Translations under genes and position numbers: made by a program
Shown here: piece by piece, positions 62,195 to 64,000 of the stretch
How positions within the stretch are numbered: the first letter of the stretch is position 1
Layout of the letters: each line of letters starts with the position of its first letter
NCBI RefSeq assembly: GCF_020745735.1
Contig: NC_083431.1
Span: forward strand, 44,668,496 to 44,732,495
Direction: 5' to 3'
Length of the DNA stretch: 64,000 nt
DNA from: Hemiscyllium ocellatum
Taxonomy: Eukaryota
The notes under the pieces: model-generated
Databases searched by the model: none
Seen by the model: only the letters and a program-made list of their open reading frames with translations
What the model was told of the DNA's origin: nothing

Positions 62195-63930
62195 CATCTA
62201 CACAGAACGTAGGTAGACGCAGAAGAAGGCCATTCGACCTCACTCACTCACTCACAGGAATTAATTTGCTGCACTCTGTCCGTAGCAAGAACATATTCCT
62301 TCAGTTAAGGAGATCTAAATTGCACACAGCATTTGCAGATGTAGCCTCCCCAATGCCCTGTATAGTTGTGGCAAGACATCGAATCCTGTAAGGATTAGTA
62401 ATTTATTAATGGAGAACAAAGAAATGGCTGATTAACTAAATTCATACTTCATTTCTGTCTCGAATCCTCTTACTATGATGGCCAACATACAGTTTGTTGC
62501 CTTCACGCCTCGCTGAACATCTCTTCATCGTCCTCACAGCTCACTCTTCCACTCCGCTTTGTGTCTCCTGCAGATTTAGAGGTCTTGCATTGCGTTCCCT
62601 CCTATAAATCATTAACATATATTATGAATAGCTGGGGTCCTAGTACCAATCTCTGTGGTACCCCACTAATCATTGCCTACTCTTCTTGCTTCCTGTCTGC
62701 TAACCAGTTTTCTGTCCATCTCAATACACTACCTGCAATCCAATGCACTTTAATTTTGCACATTAATCTCTCTATGTGAGATTTTGTTGAAAGCCTTCTG
62801 AAAGTTTAAAAAAAAATACAGATCTACTGGCTTCCTTTGATCAACTCTGAATTACTTTCTTGAAAAATTTCAATAGATTTGTTGATGCCTTTTTTTAAAT
62901 CCATGCTGACTTTCTAATTCTACCCCCGTTTTGAAGTGCTCTGCTATAAAATCCTTTGATTTTAACTCTGCTGCGAATCCTCTTGCAAGGATGCCTGCCT
63001 TGAAGAAGTTTTTCTCTTTTCTCCCCCACCCCCCCCCCCCCCCTTCCCCCCCCCCCCCCCCCCCCCCCCCCCACCACAAGAATCTCAGGGAGTTCCTCTC
63101 CCACTGCAACTCCATTTCCTCTGCCCTGAAGCTCTTCAACCATGTCCTGAAACAGACTCGCTCTACGCTACTTTCTCCCCACACCCACCCTCCTCTCATT
63201 TAGCTCTCCACCCTTCAGGCACTCTGCCTGTATTCCTGATGAAGGGCTTTGCCTGAAACATCGATTTTACTGCTCCTCTGATGCTGCCTGAACTGCTGTG
63301 CTTTTCCGGCACCACTAACCCAGAATCTGGTTTCCAGCATCTGCAGTCATTGTTTTTATCTCCTTGATAATATACTTTAGCAACTTCCCCACTATGGACA
63401 TCAGACTCACTGTCTATAAATCTGTTTTCTTTCTACACCCCATTTTTAAATAGTAGAGTGTATTTAACTACCCTCCAAAATGTAGAAACTATCAGAGTTC
63501 AAAGTATCTTGGAAGATGACCACCAATGCAACCACTATTTCAAGGGCCACTTCCTTAAGAACTGCAAGATGTTAATTATCGGGCATTGGGGATTCATTAG
63601 CCTTCAATCCTATCAATTTCCCCGACATTATCTCTCTACTCCTACAGATCTGTTTCAGTGCCTCACTTTCACCAAACCCTGTGTTTCCCATTGCTTCTGT
63701 TATGTTATTCATGTTCTCCTTTGTGAAGACAGAAATGAAGTATGAATTTAGTTAATCAGCCATTTCTTTGTTCTCCATTAATAAATTACGATTCCTTACT
63801 AAAGGATCAGCATTAGTCTTCAGTCTTTTGTTCTTTACATGTCTAGAGAAACGTTTATAATCCATTCTTATATTCCCTGCAAGCTTAATCTCTTCCTACT
63901 GTATTTTCCCCCTCTTGATCAATTCCCTGG
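62195..63930 (-). mobile_element. Decayed CR1
   Basis: Resembles 20301-22854 at the nucleotide level (GAAAGCCTTCTGAAAG, CCATTTCTTTGTTC). Confidence 0.7.
62961..63360 (+). mobile_element. Internally deleted PLE fragment with hammerhead core and poly-C tract, inserted in a CR1
   Basis: AUUC-CUGAUGAAGGGC(UUU)GCCUGAAACAUC-GAUU at 63232-63266 plus family-A tail; flanked by TCC(T)TTGAT repeats. Confidence 0.7.
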
Positions 63931-64000
63931 TTTTAGATTTGGAAGTACCTGTGTTGGACTGGGGTAAACAAAGTTAAAAAGCACACAACACCAGGTTTAT

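Noticed and set aside
63023-63072. Long poly-C tract as a functional G-quadruplex
   Set aside because: Homopolymer expansion inside a PLE fragment; its length is error-prone and nothing else supports a function.

Overview
Vertebrate genomic DNA, very likely a shark (inferred from HE1-type V-SINEs, Deu-domain SINEs, CR1 LINEs and Neptune-type Penelope elements). It holds three host genes: the first coding exon and CpG promoter of DTX2 (minus; bases 1-14573 are its intron), a complete 3-exon ALKBH4 (minus, 323 aa), and the first seven coding exons of LRWD1/ORCA (plus). LRWD1 lies head-to-head with ALKBH4 across a CpG promoter containing an NRF1-motif minisatellite and a palindromic E2F site. 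The rest is mostly nested mobile-element debris. Two things go beyond routine annotation. (1) A decayed R2 retrotransposon at ~26.8-31.5 kb (minus), which the ORF track does not reveal, sits outside rDNA yet begins with 16 nt of the 28S rRNA target sequence and a degenerate HDV-like ribozyme fold. (2) About nine minimal hammerhead-ribozyme motifs from several Penelope-like families are present, and five short fold-back insertions from these families have 10-14 bp target-site duplications. Homology calls come from manual translation and recalled family motifs, not database searches. Repeat boundaries are approximate unless a TSD is given.
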